Source: Sedimentisphaerales bacterium
GTDB taxonomy: Bacteria; Planctomycetota; Phycisphaerae; Sedimentisphaerales; Anaerobacaceae
Assembly (NCBI GenBank): GCA_963708075.1
Contig: OY970194.1
Location: forward strand, 7,328,001-7,392,000
Reading direction: 5' to 3'
DNA: 64,000 nt
This document shows, piece by piece, positions 40,322 through 50,444 of the stretch. A program made the translations under genes and the position numbers. How positions within the stretch are numbered: position 1 is the first letter of the stretch; every line of letters starts with the position of its first letter. The notes under the pieces are model-generated. The model searched no databases and was not told the origin of the DNA. It was given only the letters and a program-made list of their open reading frames with translations.

Positions 40322-42127
40322 CTATCTTGAGGCGGCGTCAAGGCCGAAGGTCTCGGCTCGTCGCACGGCTGCCATGCCTTGCGATTCGGGCGTGCCGGCA
40401 TTGTAGTCCACGACCACGCCGTCCACGAGCATCCTGCTGCCATCGCGGGTCACGATGCCCCCGGCAGGGGTCAGCAGGATCAATGCGGCTGTATCCGGCC
40501 GCAGTTCCAGCGATGTTCTGCCACTGATTCGCTTGCGCACGAATGAATGTTGAGTCGTATCGTAGAGGTCCACCGGCCGGCTGCCTGCGTCCATGTGGAT
40601 TTCCCGCCTCTCATTATAAGGATTGTAGTAGAGATACGTCGGGTACGCTTCCTCGTGGAAGAAATCTGTCTTGAGGCAGTTCAACTGAAGGATTCTCTCG
40701 TCATCCGTCCGCTCCACGACGGCCGCCATCAGGCCGACGTGGCTGGAGCCGTACAGGGAGAGATCGGAAACGTACTTATGCCTGCCCCATCGGCCGCCGA
40801 GCGGGTCGCCGCACGCGCAGGGAATCTTGTCGGCGTCCTGCGGCCGCAGGCCGATGCGGCGCAGGCCCTCGTAGGCAATCACATCTCGCGAGAACTCCCG
40901 CTGGTCATAGCAGGTCTGGTTCTCAGGCGGCAGGCTGTCGGTATAGAACAGGCGGGTGGCGTTGGCGGCGTTGAGCAGCAGCTTGCCGACCGCCCGGGCA
41001 TATCTTGCGTCGTATCGCGGCAGGGGCGCCAGTGCGGCGACTAACTCGAATGTGTTCATGGCAAAGGCGTATCCGCCGCCGTCGGTGATGCTGCCCTGCA
41101 GTCCGCTGACATCGTAGCCGCCCCAGTGGCCGACGATGACTCCCCATCCCGGCCGGCATGCGTTGTTGCCGTCGAGGCACCGGTTGAGCAGTTGAGTTAC
41201 ATCATAGTCGCAGCCTTGTTCCGCATTCATCCTCGCCGCCAGCGTCACGCCGTAAGGCAGCAGGACCTCGTAAAACGTACTGCGGCCGAAGTCATCCAGC
41301 GCATCCATGGCCCGGCGAGCGGCGTCGATGTATTTCATTTCGCCGGACTTGGCCCCGGCCATATACTCGATCCACGCCACGCCGGAAGTCGCATCGCCTT
41401 CCCGCCATCGGCCGTTGAACACCGGCTCATGACGGACGAAGTCATACCCTGTGTACCACTGGCCCTCCTCCAACGCCGGCACAAGCTCCGCCACGGAATC
41501 CGCAGAACGCCGCATGTATTCATCGAGCCGGCCGTGATCCGGGTAGCAGTCGGCGAGCATGAACGCGAGCATGTTGGGGAACAGGAAATACCACATGGAG
41601 CCCGTGCCCGGCAACAGACTTGCATTGTTCGCAAAGATATCCAATCCGCCTCGGTCTTTGGGCGAGAAGTATCTCTCGCACATACGAACATAGTCATGCC
41701 CATCTTGATTTCGCTTATCGATGCCGACGAGGCGGGCGCCGACGACCGCCGCGAGGCAGTTCACAGCCTCATGCTGGCCGGGGTTCACCGCCGGTCCCTG
41801 TCGCGGATCGCCGGCGACCGTGTAGAGCCCGAACCCCTCGATGTTGCTGGTAAGGCGAGTACGGTCCTCCCAGATCAGCGGGAGAAATCGGCCTCGCGCA
41901 CCGCGGTCGAAGACCAGGGCATCATAGTCTCGCGCGACCTGTTTCCAATCCCGCATCTTGAACGGCCGGGGCATATTCGGCATCTGCTCGACGCGTGCGA
42001 TGTGGACCTGCGGCCGGGCCTCGAAAGCCCGCGCCTCCACAGCATGCAGGATGGAGCTTGCCCCACCGATTCCGTCGGATTTTGGTGGGGCAAGCCCCAC
42101 CCTACGATTCCCGGCCCCTGTCGTCAT
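40322..42127 (-). CDS. Conserved hypothetical protein, possibly an (alpha/alpha)-barrel carbohydrate-active enzyme; start uncertain
   Basis: Long ORF with host-like codon use, aromatic/Trp-rich, co-directional with the upstream catabolic genes. Confidence 0.6.
   Translation of the reverse strand: MTTGAGNRRVGLAPPKSDGIGGASSILHAVEARAFEARPQVHIARVEQMPNMPRPFKMRDWKQVARDYDALVFDRGARGRFLPLIWEDRTRLTSNIEGFGLYTVAGDPRQGPAVNPGQHEAVNCLAAVVGARLVGIDKRNQDGHDYVRMCERYFSPKDRGGLDIFANNASLLPGTGSMWYFLFPNMLAFMLADCYPDHGRLDEYMRRSADSVAELVPALEEGQWYTGYDFVRHEPVFNGRWREGDATSGVAWIEYMAGAKSGEMKYIDAARRAMDALDDFGRSTFYEVLLPYGVTLAARMNAEQGCDYDVTQLLNRCLDGNNACRPGWGVIVGHWGGYDVSGLQGSITDGGGYAFAMNTFELVAALAPLPRYDARYARAVGKLLLNAANATRLFYTDSLPPENQTCYDQREFSRDVIAYEGLRRIGLRPQDADKIPCACGDPLGGRWGRHKYVSDLSLYGSSHVGLMAAVVERTDDERILQLNCLKTDFFHEEAYPTYLYYNPYNERREIHMDAGSRPVDLYDTTQHSFVRKRISGRTSLELRPDTAALILLTPAGGIVTRDGSRMLVDGVVVDYNAGTPESQGMAAVRRAETFGLDAASR
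42046..42105. repeat. Inverted doublet of GTAG-type REPs (REPIN-like)
   Basis: GCAGGATGGAGCTTGCCCCACC..16 nt..GGTGGGGCAAGCCCCACCCTAC; 22-bp arms with 3 mismatches. Confidence 0.75.
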
Positions 42128-42251
42128 AGCCCCACGCCGCCCCAACCACGCGCCGTCTCGCGTCCGACTCGACACGCCCGAGCCGCCGGAAGATCACTGC
42201 GCAGCTATTCCCCCTTATCGGTCCCGCGGGCTTTTGGGCATGAGCCTTGTG

Positions 42252-42620
42252 TCAGCCAATTCTGAACTTGGCCTCGTGGGGCCAGATCTCGGATTCGGGC
42301 CGGTCGAACTGGAGGAATTCGATGGGGGCGCCGTGATCGACAATGAAGGCGATGGTTACGCCTTCGGTGGGGCTGTTGGGTTGGATCAGGACTTCCTTGC
42401 CGGCGATGGCCGCGTTCAGATCGTCCACGAGAAAGGCCACGTGCGGGATGGTCTTCACCAACTCCGGCAGCGGGCAGTCGGGATCGAACTTCATCCACTC
42501 CACACCATACGGGCTCTCGAAGTACCCGGAGGCGTACATCTTGTACTTCTCGCTGTAGTCCTCCCGTGGCAAAGGCCTGTCCGTCGGGATGCCCACATGA
42601 TGATATCGCAGTTGAGCCAT
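42252..42620 (-). CDS. VOC/glyoxalase superfamily protein
   Basis: YHHVGIP, PHVAFLVDDL and PIEFLQF motifs. Confidence 0.75.
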   Translation of the reverse strand: MAQLRYHHVGIPTDRPLPREDYSEKYKMYASGYFESPYGVEWMKFDPDCPLPELVKTIPHVAFLVDDLNAAIAGKEVLIQPNSPTEGVTIAFIVDHGAPIEFLQFDRPESEIWPHEAKFRIG

Positions 42621-42621
42621 G

Positions 42622-44001
42622 TCAGCTCCAGAGGCGGTCGCTGGAGTCGCGGTTGTCCCATTCATCGGTTGGGGCGAAGCACTCCTCGCCGCGCATCAAG
42701 TGCTGCTTGACGACGTCGAGGTTCAGCTCGACGCCGAGGCCCGGCGTGTCGGGCACAGAGGCGTAGCCCTGTTTTTGCAGCGGCTTTTCAATGCCGGTGA
42801 CGAGGTCCTCCCACCAGGGATTATCCACGGCGTGATGCTCCAGGGCGACGAAGTTCTCCGTGGCGGCGGCGCAGTGTACGTTGGCCATGAACGAGATGGG
42901 CGAGCCGGCGAAGTGCATGGCCATCGGGATGGCGTGCAGCTCGGCATAGTCGCCGATCTTCTTGGTTTCGAGGATGCCGCCGGCGGTGGCCAGATCGGGG
43001 TGGACCATGTCCACCGCGTGCTGGTCGATCAGGTCCTTGAAACCGTCGAGCAGGTAGATATCCTCGCCGGTCAGGGTCGGCACGTTGATCGCCGTCGTGA
43101 TCTCCTTGTGCATATCCGTGAATTGCCAGGGGACCATGTCCTCCAGCCAGGCCATCTGGTAGGGCTCCAGGGCCTTGCCGAGCCGGATGCAGCTATTGAC
43201 ATCGAGAGGTCCGAAGTGATCGGCGCCGAGCGGGACCTCATATCCGACCGTTTTGCGGATCTCGGCGATGACATCGGCCAGGATACCGATCCCTTTGTCG
43301 GTGAGTTGGACTCGCGTGGCGGAGGGGCGCGTTGACCTGGATCGCTCCCAGCTTCTCTCCGGCGGATTGCTCATCGTCCCGGGCTCATCGCGAACCCAGC
43401 GCAGCGTCAGGTCCGTCTTCAGAAAGGTAAAGCCCGTCTCCATCCTCTTCTTGAGCTTGGCCGCATAGGTTTGTTTATCCCTGCCGTCGCTGCTGTCGGC
43501 ATACAAGCGCACGCGATCGCGGTACTTGCCGCCAAGCAGTTGATAGACGGGCACGCCGTACGCCTTGCCCGCGAGGTCCCACAGGGCCATCTCAACGCCG
43601 GAGACGCCGCCGCCCTGACGGCCGTGATGGCCGAACTGCCGGATGGATTTGAACAGGGACTCCACGTTGCACGGGTTGCGGCCGAGCAGCCGGCTCTTGA
43701 GCATCAGGGCGTATTTCTTGCTGCCGCCGTCGCGGACCTTGCCCCAGCCGCTGATGCCCTGGTTCGTATCAATGCGGATCAATGGGATCGTGAATGGGGC
43801 TCCCGTGATGACGGCGATGCGCAGGTCCGTGATCTTCAGTTGCGACGGCTGCGAGCTGCGGCTGACGCCCTGCGATGCGTACGCGATCTGGTCTTCGATG
43901 GAAGCGCCAAGCACGCCCGCCAGGCTCAGCCCACCAAGGCCCTTGAGCAGCGAACGACGACAACATAGGGATTTTCCATTCGGCGATTGTTTCTGGTGCA
44001 T
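42622..44001 (-). CDS. Mandelate racemase/muconate lactonizing (enolase superfamily) acid-sugar dehydratase-like enzyme with Tat signal
   Basis: CRRSLLKG Tat motif; EMALWDLAGK and putative metal ligands in GADH, WLED and TGED. Confidence 0.87.
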   Translation of the reverse strand: MHQKQSPNGKSLCCRRSLLKGLGGLSLAGVLGASIEDQIAYASQGVSRSSQPSQLKITDLRIAVITGAPFTIPLIRIDTNQGISGWGKVRDGGSKKYALMLKSRLLGRNPCNVESLFKSIRQFGHHGRQGGGVSGVEMALWDLAGKAYGVPVYQLLGGKYRDRVRLYADSSDGRDKQTYAAKLKKRMETGFTFLKTDLTLRWVRDEPGTMSNPPERSWERSRSTRPSATRVQLTDKGIGILADVIAEIRKTVGYEVPLGADHFGPLDVNSCIRLGKALEPYQMAWLEDMVPWQFTDMHKEITTAINVPTLTGEDIYLLDGFKDLIDQHAVDMVHPDLATAGGILETKKIGDYAELHAIPMAMHFAGSPISFMANVHCAAATENFVALEHHAVDNPWWEDLVTGIEKPLQKQGYASVPDTPGLGVELNLDVVKQHLMRGEECFAPTDEWDNRDSSDRLWS

Positions 44002-44045
44002 GACTTTCCTTTGATCTATGTACCCTTTCGGCGTTCGCCAAGCTG

Positions 44046-45014
44046 CTACCACGTCCTCTTCTCGAGGATTTCCTGGATCGCTTCCTTGGGCACGGGCAGG
44101 TCGTTCATGTTTTCCTTGAGCCAGTTGAAGAAGTCGTTCCTGATCTCCTCGGACCATTTGCCGTCGATCTGGCCGGGCGTGTACTTGCCCTCCTTGAGCC
44201 GCTGATGGCCGAAGCGGTCGCGCAGCATGACGGCCTCGGCGCTCTTGACGACCTTCTCGGCCAGTTGGGCGGGGATGAAAATCACGCCTTCGCGTTTGGC
44301 GAGGACCACGTCACCCGGCAGGCAGACGGCCCGGCCGATCCGGATCGGCACGTTGATGCCCGTCAATGTCACCTCCTGCAGGAAGGATGGGTCCCAGCCA
44401 CGAACGAACGCGTTGAACCCGTCGATCTCGCCGAGACCTTCGATGTCGCGGACGGAGCCGTCGAAGACCACGCCGTTGCCGCTCTTGGCGTAGATCGAGT
44501 TGCCCAAGTTATCGCCGATCAGCGTGCCATCGATGATCTTGCCGAACCCGTCAGCGACGTACACGTCGCCCTTCTGCAGCATGTCGATGGGCCAGGAGTT
44601 GGAGGAGCCGATGCGTCCCTCCGCCTTGCCCTGCTCGTCGATGAGCTTCTTCATGTCCGGCCGCGACGGCATATATTGCGCCGTCAACGCCCGGCCCACG
44701 ACAGGCACATCCTGGTGCAAGATCTGCCAGTTGCCCTCGAACTGATTGTGATAGCCTTCGTTCTTCAGGATTGCCCACGCCTCCTCGATGGAGACGTTCT
44801 TCATCCTCTGGAGAATATCGTCGGAGACCTTCGGCCGGCCATCCGACAGCCGCTCGCCCGTCCACGCGACCGTGTACGATTGCACGCGGTCGCTGCACGC
44901 GATCTTCTGTGCCGCGTAGCTGCTGATCACCAGGACCAGCACCAGCAAGACCAGTACGGAGGCTTTGACCAGATTCACTCGCCGAGGAGATGCGAGACGG
45001 ACACTCGTTGCCAT
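44046..45014 (-). CDS. RraA/HMG-aldolase-like protein with signal peptide
   Basis: GRALT, GDVYVAD, IGDNL, DGSVRD and PGDVV motifs; hydrophobic N-terminus. Confidence 0.82.
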   Translation of the reverse strand: MATSVRLASPRRVNLVKASVLVLLVLVLVISSYAAQKIACSDRVQSYTVAWTGERLSDGRPKVSDDILQRMKNVSIEEAWAILKNEGYHNQFEGNWQILHQDVPVVGRALTAQYMPSRPDMKKLIDEQGKAEGRIGSSNSWPIDMLQKGDVYVADGFGKIIDGTLIGDNLGNSIYAKSGNGVVFDGSVRDIEGLGEIDGFNAFVRGWDPSFLQEVTLTGINVPIRIGRAVCLPGDVVLAKREGVIFIPAQLAEKVVKSAEAVMLRDRFGHQRLKEGKYTPGQIDGKWSEEIRNDFFNWLKENMNDLPVPKEAIQEILEKRTW

Positions 45015-45150
45015 AACGCTCCTTTCCAAAAAGCGATGAGTCACTCGTACCCTTATCATTTGCCGCCCGGCATTGTACCGGCTGTAGAGCGGTCTGTGGA
45101 GTCCCTGGAGTGTGCTTTTTTACCTGGCCTGGCGCCGGGTGCCTTTCATG

Positions 45151-45612
45151 TCACAGCTTGAATCCAAAAGGAGCCTGGCCGGTCCAGCCTTTGGCGAACG
45201 TGGGCGACAGGCGAAGCAGGCTATAGTCGGGGTCATTGACTCCGCCCGGATAATAGACCTCCCAGCCATCTTGCCAGATTCGCCTTTTGAGTTGCTGGTC
45301 TGTGACGATTTCAATGGTCCCGGCAAGCATAAGCCCGTGAGAGTGTGCCGGATCGCAGAAATAGACCGATCCCTTCGGATTGGTTTTGATCTGTGCCACC
45401 TTTGCCGACGATGTGTTCGTCGAATAGTACATAAGCAGGTCGCGCTCGTGCCCGTCAAAGACCGCGGCGAGAGATGGCCATAGCGTCCGGTTGCGCAGAT
45501 TCAACATGGCTCTCACTTCGGGAAAGCCATTGCTGTCAATGGTGGTCAGACAGGACGTCTCGGCTTTCTCGATGAGCGCCAGGGCAAAGCGCCTTGCTTC
45601 CGATTCGTCCAT
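45151..45612 (-). CDS. Pyridoxamine 5'-phosphate oxidase-like FMN-binding protein
   Basis: LTTIDSNGFP.RAM, STNTSSAKV and YYPGG..DPDY motifs; AAAGGAG RBS. Confidence 0.82.
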   Translation of the reverse strand: MDESEARRFALALIEKAETSCLTTIDSNGFPEVRAMLNLRNRTLWPSLAAVFDGHERDLLMYYSTNTSSAKVAQIKTNPKGSVYFCDPAHSHGLMLAGTIEIVTDQQLKRRIWQDGWEVYYPGGVNDPDYSLLRLSPTFAKGWTGQAPFGFKL

Positions 45613-45659
45613 GCCGTGCACTCCTTTCTCTCTCAGTGTCCCTGCAAACGCCATGAATC

Positions 45660-48077
45660 CTATTCGCTCGTTTTGAGGGCGAACGCGCGGATAGGGTTTA
45701 TCTCGGTGATCATCCGAATCGTTGCAGCATCCACGCCGGCATCGCTGAGCTTCGGAATGAATGCGTCGATCAGGTACGTGTAGGATCGCTGCGTTCCACC
45801 GTTGGGCTGGCCCGGCTGGTACCATCCAGCGTCGTGCGAGAGCAGGATGCGGTCGCCATAGCCGGCGGCGAGCAGGTCCTTGATGGCCGTGATAAGCGTG
45901 GAATCCTGCCCGGGATTCGAGCCGAGGGAGTCAAACTCGACAAATACGCCGCGTGCGGCCAGTTGGCGCTGCATGTCGCGGTTGTTCTCGCTTTGGGCAT
46001 GGACCCAGATGAATCGGATCGCCGGGTCGATGGATTGCAGGATCGCAATCTGCCTGGATGCATTGCTGCTGACCGGCGTGTGGCTGGCGACGGCGGCACC
46101 CGTTTCGCTCGCGGCGCGGCCGGCGGCTCGCAGGAATTTCTCCTCCAGCGGGGTCATGGCGCCGCTGCCCGTGGCGGTTTTGATGAAGCCGGCCTTGATG
46201 CCTGTGCTCTCGATGCCCTCGCGAATCTCACGAATGAACAGAGTGGTCAATTCATCCTCGCTCATGTTCCGGTGCTCCGGCGGGGCGAAATTGTCCCGGC
46301 CGTACACGCCCGTCGGCACCACCACGGGCAACGCCGACTCCCGCGCCACCTGATCAATGATGGTCACGTTTCGGCCTACGCCGATGCTGCTGCACTCGAT
46401 CAGGACGCCCACACCCTTCTCGCGAGCGGCCATAAGCCATGGCTTCATGATGCGCACGACATCTGCGGGGTTGGCCTGGCCGTAGCCGGCTACGGTGGGA
46501 CCGCGCAAATCGGTGAAGATATGCTCGTGGGGCAGAATGACGCCCAGCCCCTCGGCGAGCAGGGGACCCTGGGTCGTGATGAACTGCCATCGCGTGTCGG
46601 ACTTGCTCGCCTCAATGGTGCCACCATAAACGCCCATGTTGGCCCGACTGCCGTTGGGCAGGGGCTCATCGTCGAATGCCAGCACCGGGTTTCCGGCGTC
46701 GATGCAGGGACTGGTCACCGCAACCTGCACCCATGCCTGGGTCGCAGGGTCCCATCGGCCCGCGCGCGACTTCAGATGGTAGTCGCCAGGCACGAAGAGA
46801 TCGTCGTTGGGGTCGTCCGGCGTGTCATTGGCGTCCCAGTATCCTGCATCGGCGAAGCAGGGGTCGGCATCGATGTTGCCCGGTCCCCAGGTCATCGTTC
46901 GCCTCGGATCGCTGACGGTCGACTTGCCGCCCACCACATCCGTGTACTGAATCATCAGAGCGGCATAGCCGTTCGATATCTCATTGCCGTCGTTGGCCAG
47001 GATGCAGCTATCCACGCGGATCGACGGAGGCGGCGACCCCCGGCCGGGACGCGCAGAGTTGTCTGACAGGAACTGACCCTCTGGGGCGGTATTACCCGCC
47101 GCCGTACAGTTCTGCACCTTCGCAGACCCGTTCTCGTTGTAGAGTACCCCGCCGCCTTTACTTGCGGCATTGCCGACCGCCAGGCAATTCACCATTTCCA
47201 CGCGCCCGAAGCTGGTGCTGTGGATACATCCACCCCACGTCGCTTGATTGCCTCGGAATACGCAACCTGTCAGAACTGCCTTGCCTCTAAGCATAATGGC
47301 CCCGCCCTGTCCTACAGGGAGCCTACTGTAGAGTCCCGCCACGTTCCTCTCAAATGTACAGCCCGTAAGCAGCACATCCTCCTCCAGTTGATCGGCAGAG
47401 AATTCCTCTGCCAGTGCTCCTCCTCCGGATGCTGCGAAGTTGGCTTTGAATACGCAGTCACGGATAGTGATGCCGGCTCCCATGACTATCGCTCCGCCGC
47501 CAAGTGGCACATCCGGGTCAAAGCCATCCTCGAGAGGCACAACCCAGGAATGGGCATGACCACCGGTGATTGTCATGCCGTCCAGGAGAGCAGACCCGGT
47601 GATGGCAACCACATGTTGGGAATTGTCCATCCGCGTCGGCTCATGCATCAGCTTGTTGGGATCGAGGACGTCCACATCGTTGCCCGCCAGGTCGCCGGAG
47701 AGGATCGTCGGGTATGCGACGACATCCCGAAGATTCGGGTCGGCTGCCCCGACTCCGGCGTAGCTGCCTGCCACGTGGACCCCCTGGGTGACAACAAACG
47801 CCGTTTGACGGTCGTCGCTGCCCTCAGGGTTTGCGTTGTTCTGATCCGGCTTGTACGTTCCCTGGGCCACCCGAACTTCCAGCGGCCAGTCCGACGACCT
47901 CAGCATCAGGGGAACAAGGGCGTCCTGCAAATGCCTGTAGGCCGTGGCCCACGACCTGCCATTCCCGCCCGCCGGTGCATCGTCATCGACATAAATAACC
48001 GGATCGAGTGCCCACACCGGCATTGTCCCTGCCAGGATCAGTCCCAGCACGACCATGTAAATGTATGTGTGTTTCAT
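45660..48077 (-). CDS. Secreted beta-helix protein fused to a phosphotriesterase-family amidohydrolase domain
   Basis: Signal peptide; IYVDDDA..GRSWATAY..LQDAL beta-helix; C-terminal PHEH, GFIK, ASH, WVH and LLSHD. Confidence 0.82.
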   Translation of the reverse strand: MKHTYIYMVVLGLILAGTMPVWALDPVIYVDDDAPAGGNGRSWATAYRHLQDALVPLMLRSSDWPLEVRVAQGTYKPDQNNANPEGSDDRQTAFVVTQGVHVAGSYAGVGAADPNLRDVVAYPTILSGDLAGNDVDVLDPNKLMHEPTRMDNSQHVVAITGSALLDGMTITGGHAHSWVVPLEDGFDPDVPLGGGAIVMGAGITIRDCVFKANFAASGGGALAEEFSADQLEEDVLLTGCTFERNVAGLYSRLPVGQGGAIMLRGKAVLTGCVFRGNQATWGGCIHSTSFGRVEMVNCLAVGNAASKGGGVLYNENGSAKVQNCTAAGNTAPEGQFLSDNSARPGRGSPPPSIRVDSCILANDGNEISNGYAALMIQYTDVVGGKSTVSDPRRTMTWGPGNIDADPCFADAGYWDANDTPDDPNDDLFVPGDYHLKSRAGRWDPATQAWVQVAVTSPCIDAGNPVLAFDDEPLPNGSRANMGVYGGTIEASKSDTRWQFITTQGPLLAEGLGVILPHEHIFTDLRGPTVAGYGQANPADVVRIMKPWLMAAREKGVGVLIECSSIGVGRNVTIIDQVARESALPVVVPTGVYGRDNFAPPEHRNMSEDELTTLFIREIREGIESTGIKAGFIKTATGSGAMTPLEEKFLRAAGRAASETGAAVASHTPVSSNASRQIAILQSIDPAIRFIWVHAQSENNRDMQRQLAARGVFVEFDSLGSNPGQDSTLITAIKDLLAAGYGDRILLSHDAGWYQPGQPNGGTQRSYTYLIDAFIPKLSDAGVDAATIRMITEINPIRAFALKTSE

Positions 48078-48340
48078 CGTGACACCTCCGACTCACCATG
48101 TCGCGGACCGGGACAATCCTGGATACGGCACCGTCCCAATTATAGCAGTTGGCCGGCCTCAATCCATACCCATTTCACGGCTCCGAGTCGCCTGTCGCCC
48201 CACGTAGCGCGGGGAAGCGTTGACACGTCCATCCAGTGGCGGTAGAAAGGGCATGCGGGGCCGAGACCCTGTGTAAGTCGCTGGCCGTCGGTGATGACTG
48301 TCGCATCCACTGCTCTGCCCATTGATTGTCGGAGGCGTCT

Positions 48341-49349
48341 ATGAGACTGCGTTTGTCTGCGTTACTGGTGTGGCTCGTGGGTGCCCCGTGGGTCGCCGCT
48401 GCTGGCGATGCGGGGCCGGTGGCGCCCAAGCCGCTGTATCGTGACCCCGTGTACGATGGGGCGGCGGACCCGGTGCTGGTGTGGAATCAGCGGGAAGGCA
48501 AGTGGTGGATGTCCTACACGAATCGGCGAGCCAATGCCGCTGGGCTGCGGGGTGTGTCGTGGGTGCACGGCACACGCATCGGGATCGCGGAATCCGCCGA
48601 TGGCGGGGCGACGTGGAAGTATCGTGGCACGGCTGACCTGCCGGTCGGCGGTGCCCAGGACACGCACTGGGCGCCGGATATCGTTTTCCATGACGGCGTA
48701 TACCACATGTTCCTTACGTTCGTGCCGGGAACGCACGAGGACTGGTCCGGCGAGCGGCGCATCGTGCATCTGACAAGTCCCGATCTGGTGAAATGGAAGA
48801 ACGAGGGCCAGATCCCCTTTGCTTCGAATCGCGTGCTGGATGCCTCAGTGCTGCGGCTGCCCGACGGCACGTGGCGGATGTGGTACAACGACGAGAACGC
48901 CGGCAAGACGATCTTCGTAGCCGACAGCGCCGACCTGATGACCTGGACCATCCGCGGCAAGGCGGTCCCGGACAGAGGCGAAGGCCCCAAGGCCTTCCGG
49001 TGGCAGGGCAGTTGTTGGCTGATCGTGGACCAGTGGGAGAAAGGTCTGGCGGTATATCGCTCCACTGACGCGAGCCACTGGACAAAGCAGCCGGAAAGCC
49101 TGCTTGTCACCCCGGGGACTGGTGAGGACGACAAAGTACACGGCGGTCACGCCGATGTCGTGGTTCTCAGAGAATCGGGCTTTTCTCTTCTACTTCACCC
49201 ACCCAGGCCGCCGGCCCGACGCCCCCAAGACCGACACCGAAGATCGCCGAAGCTCGATCCAGGTCGTCGAGCTGAAACACAAAGACGGCCACCTGACCTG
49301 CGACCGTAACCAACCCACGCACATCCGCCTCGTGCCACCAAACCATTGA
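48341..49349 (+). CDS. Secreted five-bladed beta-propeller glycoside hydrolase (GH43-like) with an apparent +1 frameshift at ~49165
   Basis: DGAADP, HWAPD, VLDASV, GEGP and HADVV motifs; the protein-like tail SENRAFLFYFTHP continues in the 49104..49349 frame. Confidence 0.75.
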
Positions 49350-49438
49350 GCATGAGCCATTCGGACAATCGGTCTTCGGTCTCCGGGTGACCGCGTCAAG
49401 CGAAGCGTGGCAATGGTCTGATGGTGGGCAAAAAAACG

Positions 49439-49467
49439 TTGACACTATGTGCGGGGGGCGGTAGAAG
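49439..49467 (+). promoter_or_regulatory. Possible sigma70 promoter of the sugar catabolic operon
   Basis: TTGACA-N17-TAGAAG. Confidence 0.45.
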
Positions 49468-49592
49468 GGGGCTGCGCTGGGGGCTGGGCCCCGGGCTGTC
49501 GGTAGGCACTTTTCGGTGGTCGTTGGTATGATGGCTACGCATCTGCGGATACACGCAAACACACATCCATGCAATCGTTGTCGGGGGTCTGT

Positions 49593-50444
49593 ATGAAAAT
49601 CGGAATGAATCTGTTGCTGTGGACGCCGGTTGTGACGGAGGAGCACTTCGGGATTTTCGGCAAGCTGAAGGCGACGGGCTTTGACGGCGTGGAGGTCCCG
49701 CTGTTCAGCGGGGACGTGACACACTACCAGAAGGTGGGCAAGGCCTTGAAGGACAACGGCTTAGCCTGTACGACCTGCACGGTCATGCCGGACGCGGAGC
49801 ACAACCCGGTCAGTCCCGATCCCAAGAGCCGCCAGGGGGCGATCGATTACCTCAAGTGGGTGATCGACTGCAACCAGGCGCTGGGGTCGGAGGTCCTGTG
49901 TGGGCCGTACTATCAGCCGCTGGGCAAGTTCACCGGCAAGGGGCCGACCCAGGAGGAAAAGCAGCGGGCCGCCGAGGTCCATCGCAAGGCCGCCGACTAC
50001 GCCCAGAAAGCGGGCGTGGTGCTCGCCATTGAGTGTCTCAACCGCTTTGAGTGCTATTTCCTCAACACGCTCGATGATGCCGCCGCACATGCAAAGCTGG
50101 TCGATCATCCGAATTTCGGCATCATGTACGATTCGTTCCATGCCAACGTCGAGGAAAAGGACCCGGTTGGCTGCATCACGCGGAACATCGGCGCGATCAA
50201 GCACGTTCACGTCTCGGAGAACGACCGCGGGACGCCGGGCAAGGGGCACGTGCCGTTCGGCAAGATCTTCAAGGCGTTGCGTTCCGGTGGCTATGACCGG
50301 TGGCTGACCATCGAGGCGTTCGGAACGAGCCTGCCCGAACTGGCGGCGACAACCTGCGTGTGGCGCGAGCTGTCGGCCAGCCCGGAGGAATGCTATGAGT
50401 TCGGCTATAAGACGATCAGGAAGAAGTGGGACGCCGCCAAGTGA
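49593..50444 (+). CDS. Ketose 3-epimerase-like TIM-barrel isomerase/epimerase
   Basis: GFDGVE, IECLNRFE, YDSFH, HVHVSENDRGTPG and TIEAF, i.e. an E-D-H-E metal site as in the D-tagatose/psicose 3-epimerase family. Confidence 0.85.
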   Translation: MKIGMNLLLWTPVVTEEHFGIFGKLKATGFDGVEVPLFSGDVTHYQKVGKALKDNGLACTTCTVMPDAEHNPVSPDPKSRQGAIDYLKWVIDCNQALGSEVLCGPYYQPLGKFTGKGPTQEEKQRAAEVHRKAADYAQKAGVVLAIECLNRFECYFLNTLDDAAAHAKLVDHPNFGIMYDSFHANVEEKDPVGCITRNIGAIKHVHVSENDRGTPGKGHVPFGKIFKALRSGGYDRWLTIEAFGTSLPELAATTCVWRELSASPEECYEFGYKTIRKKWDAAK

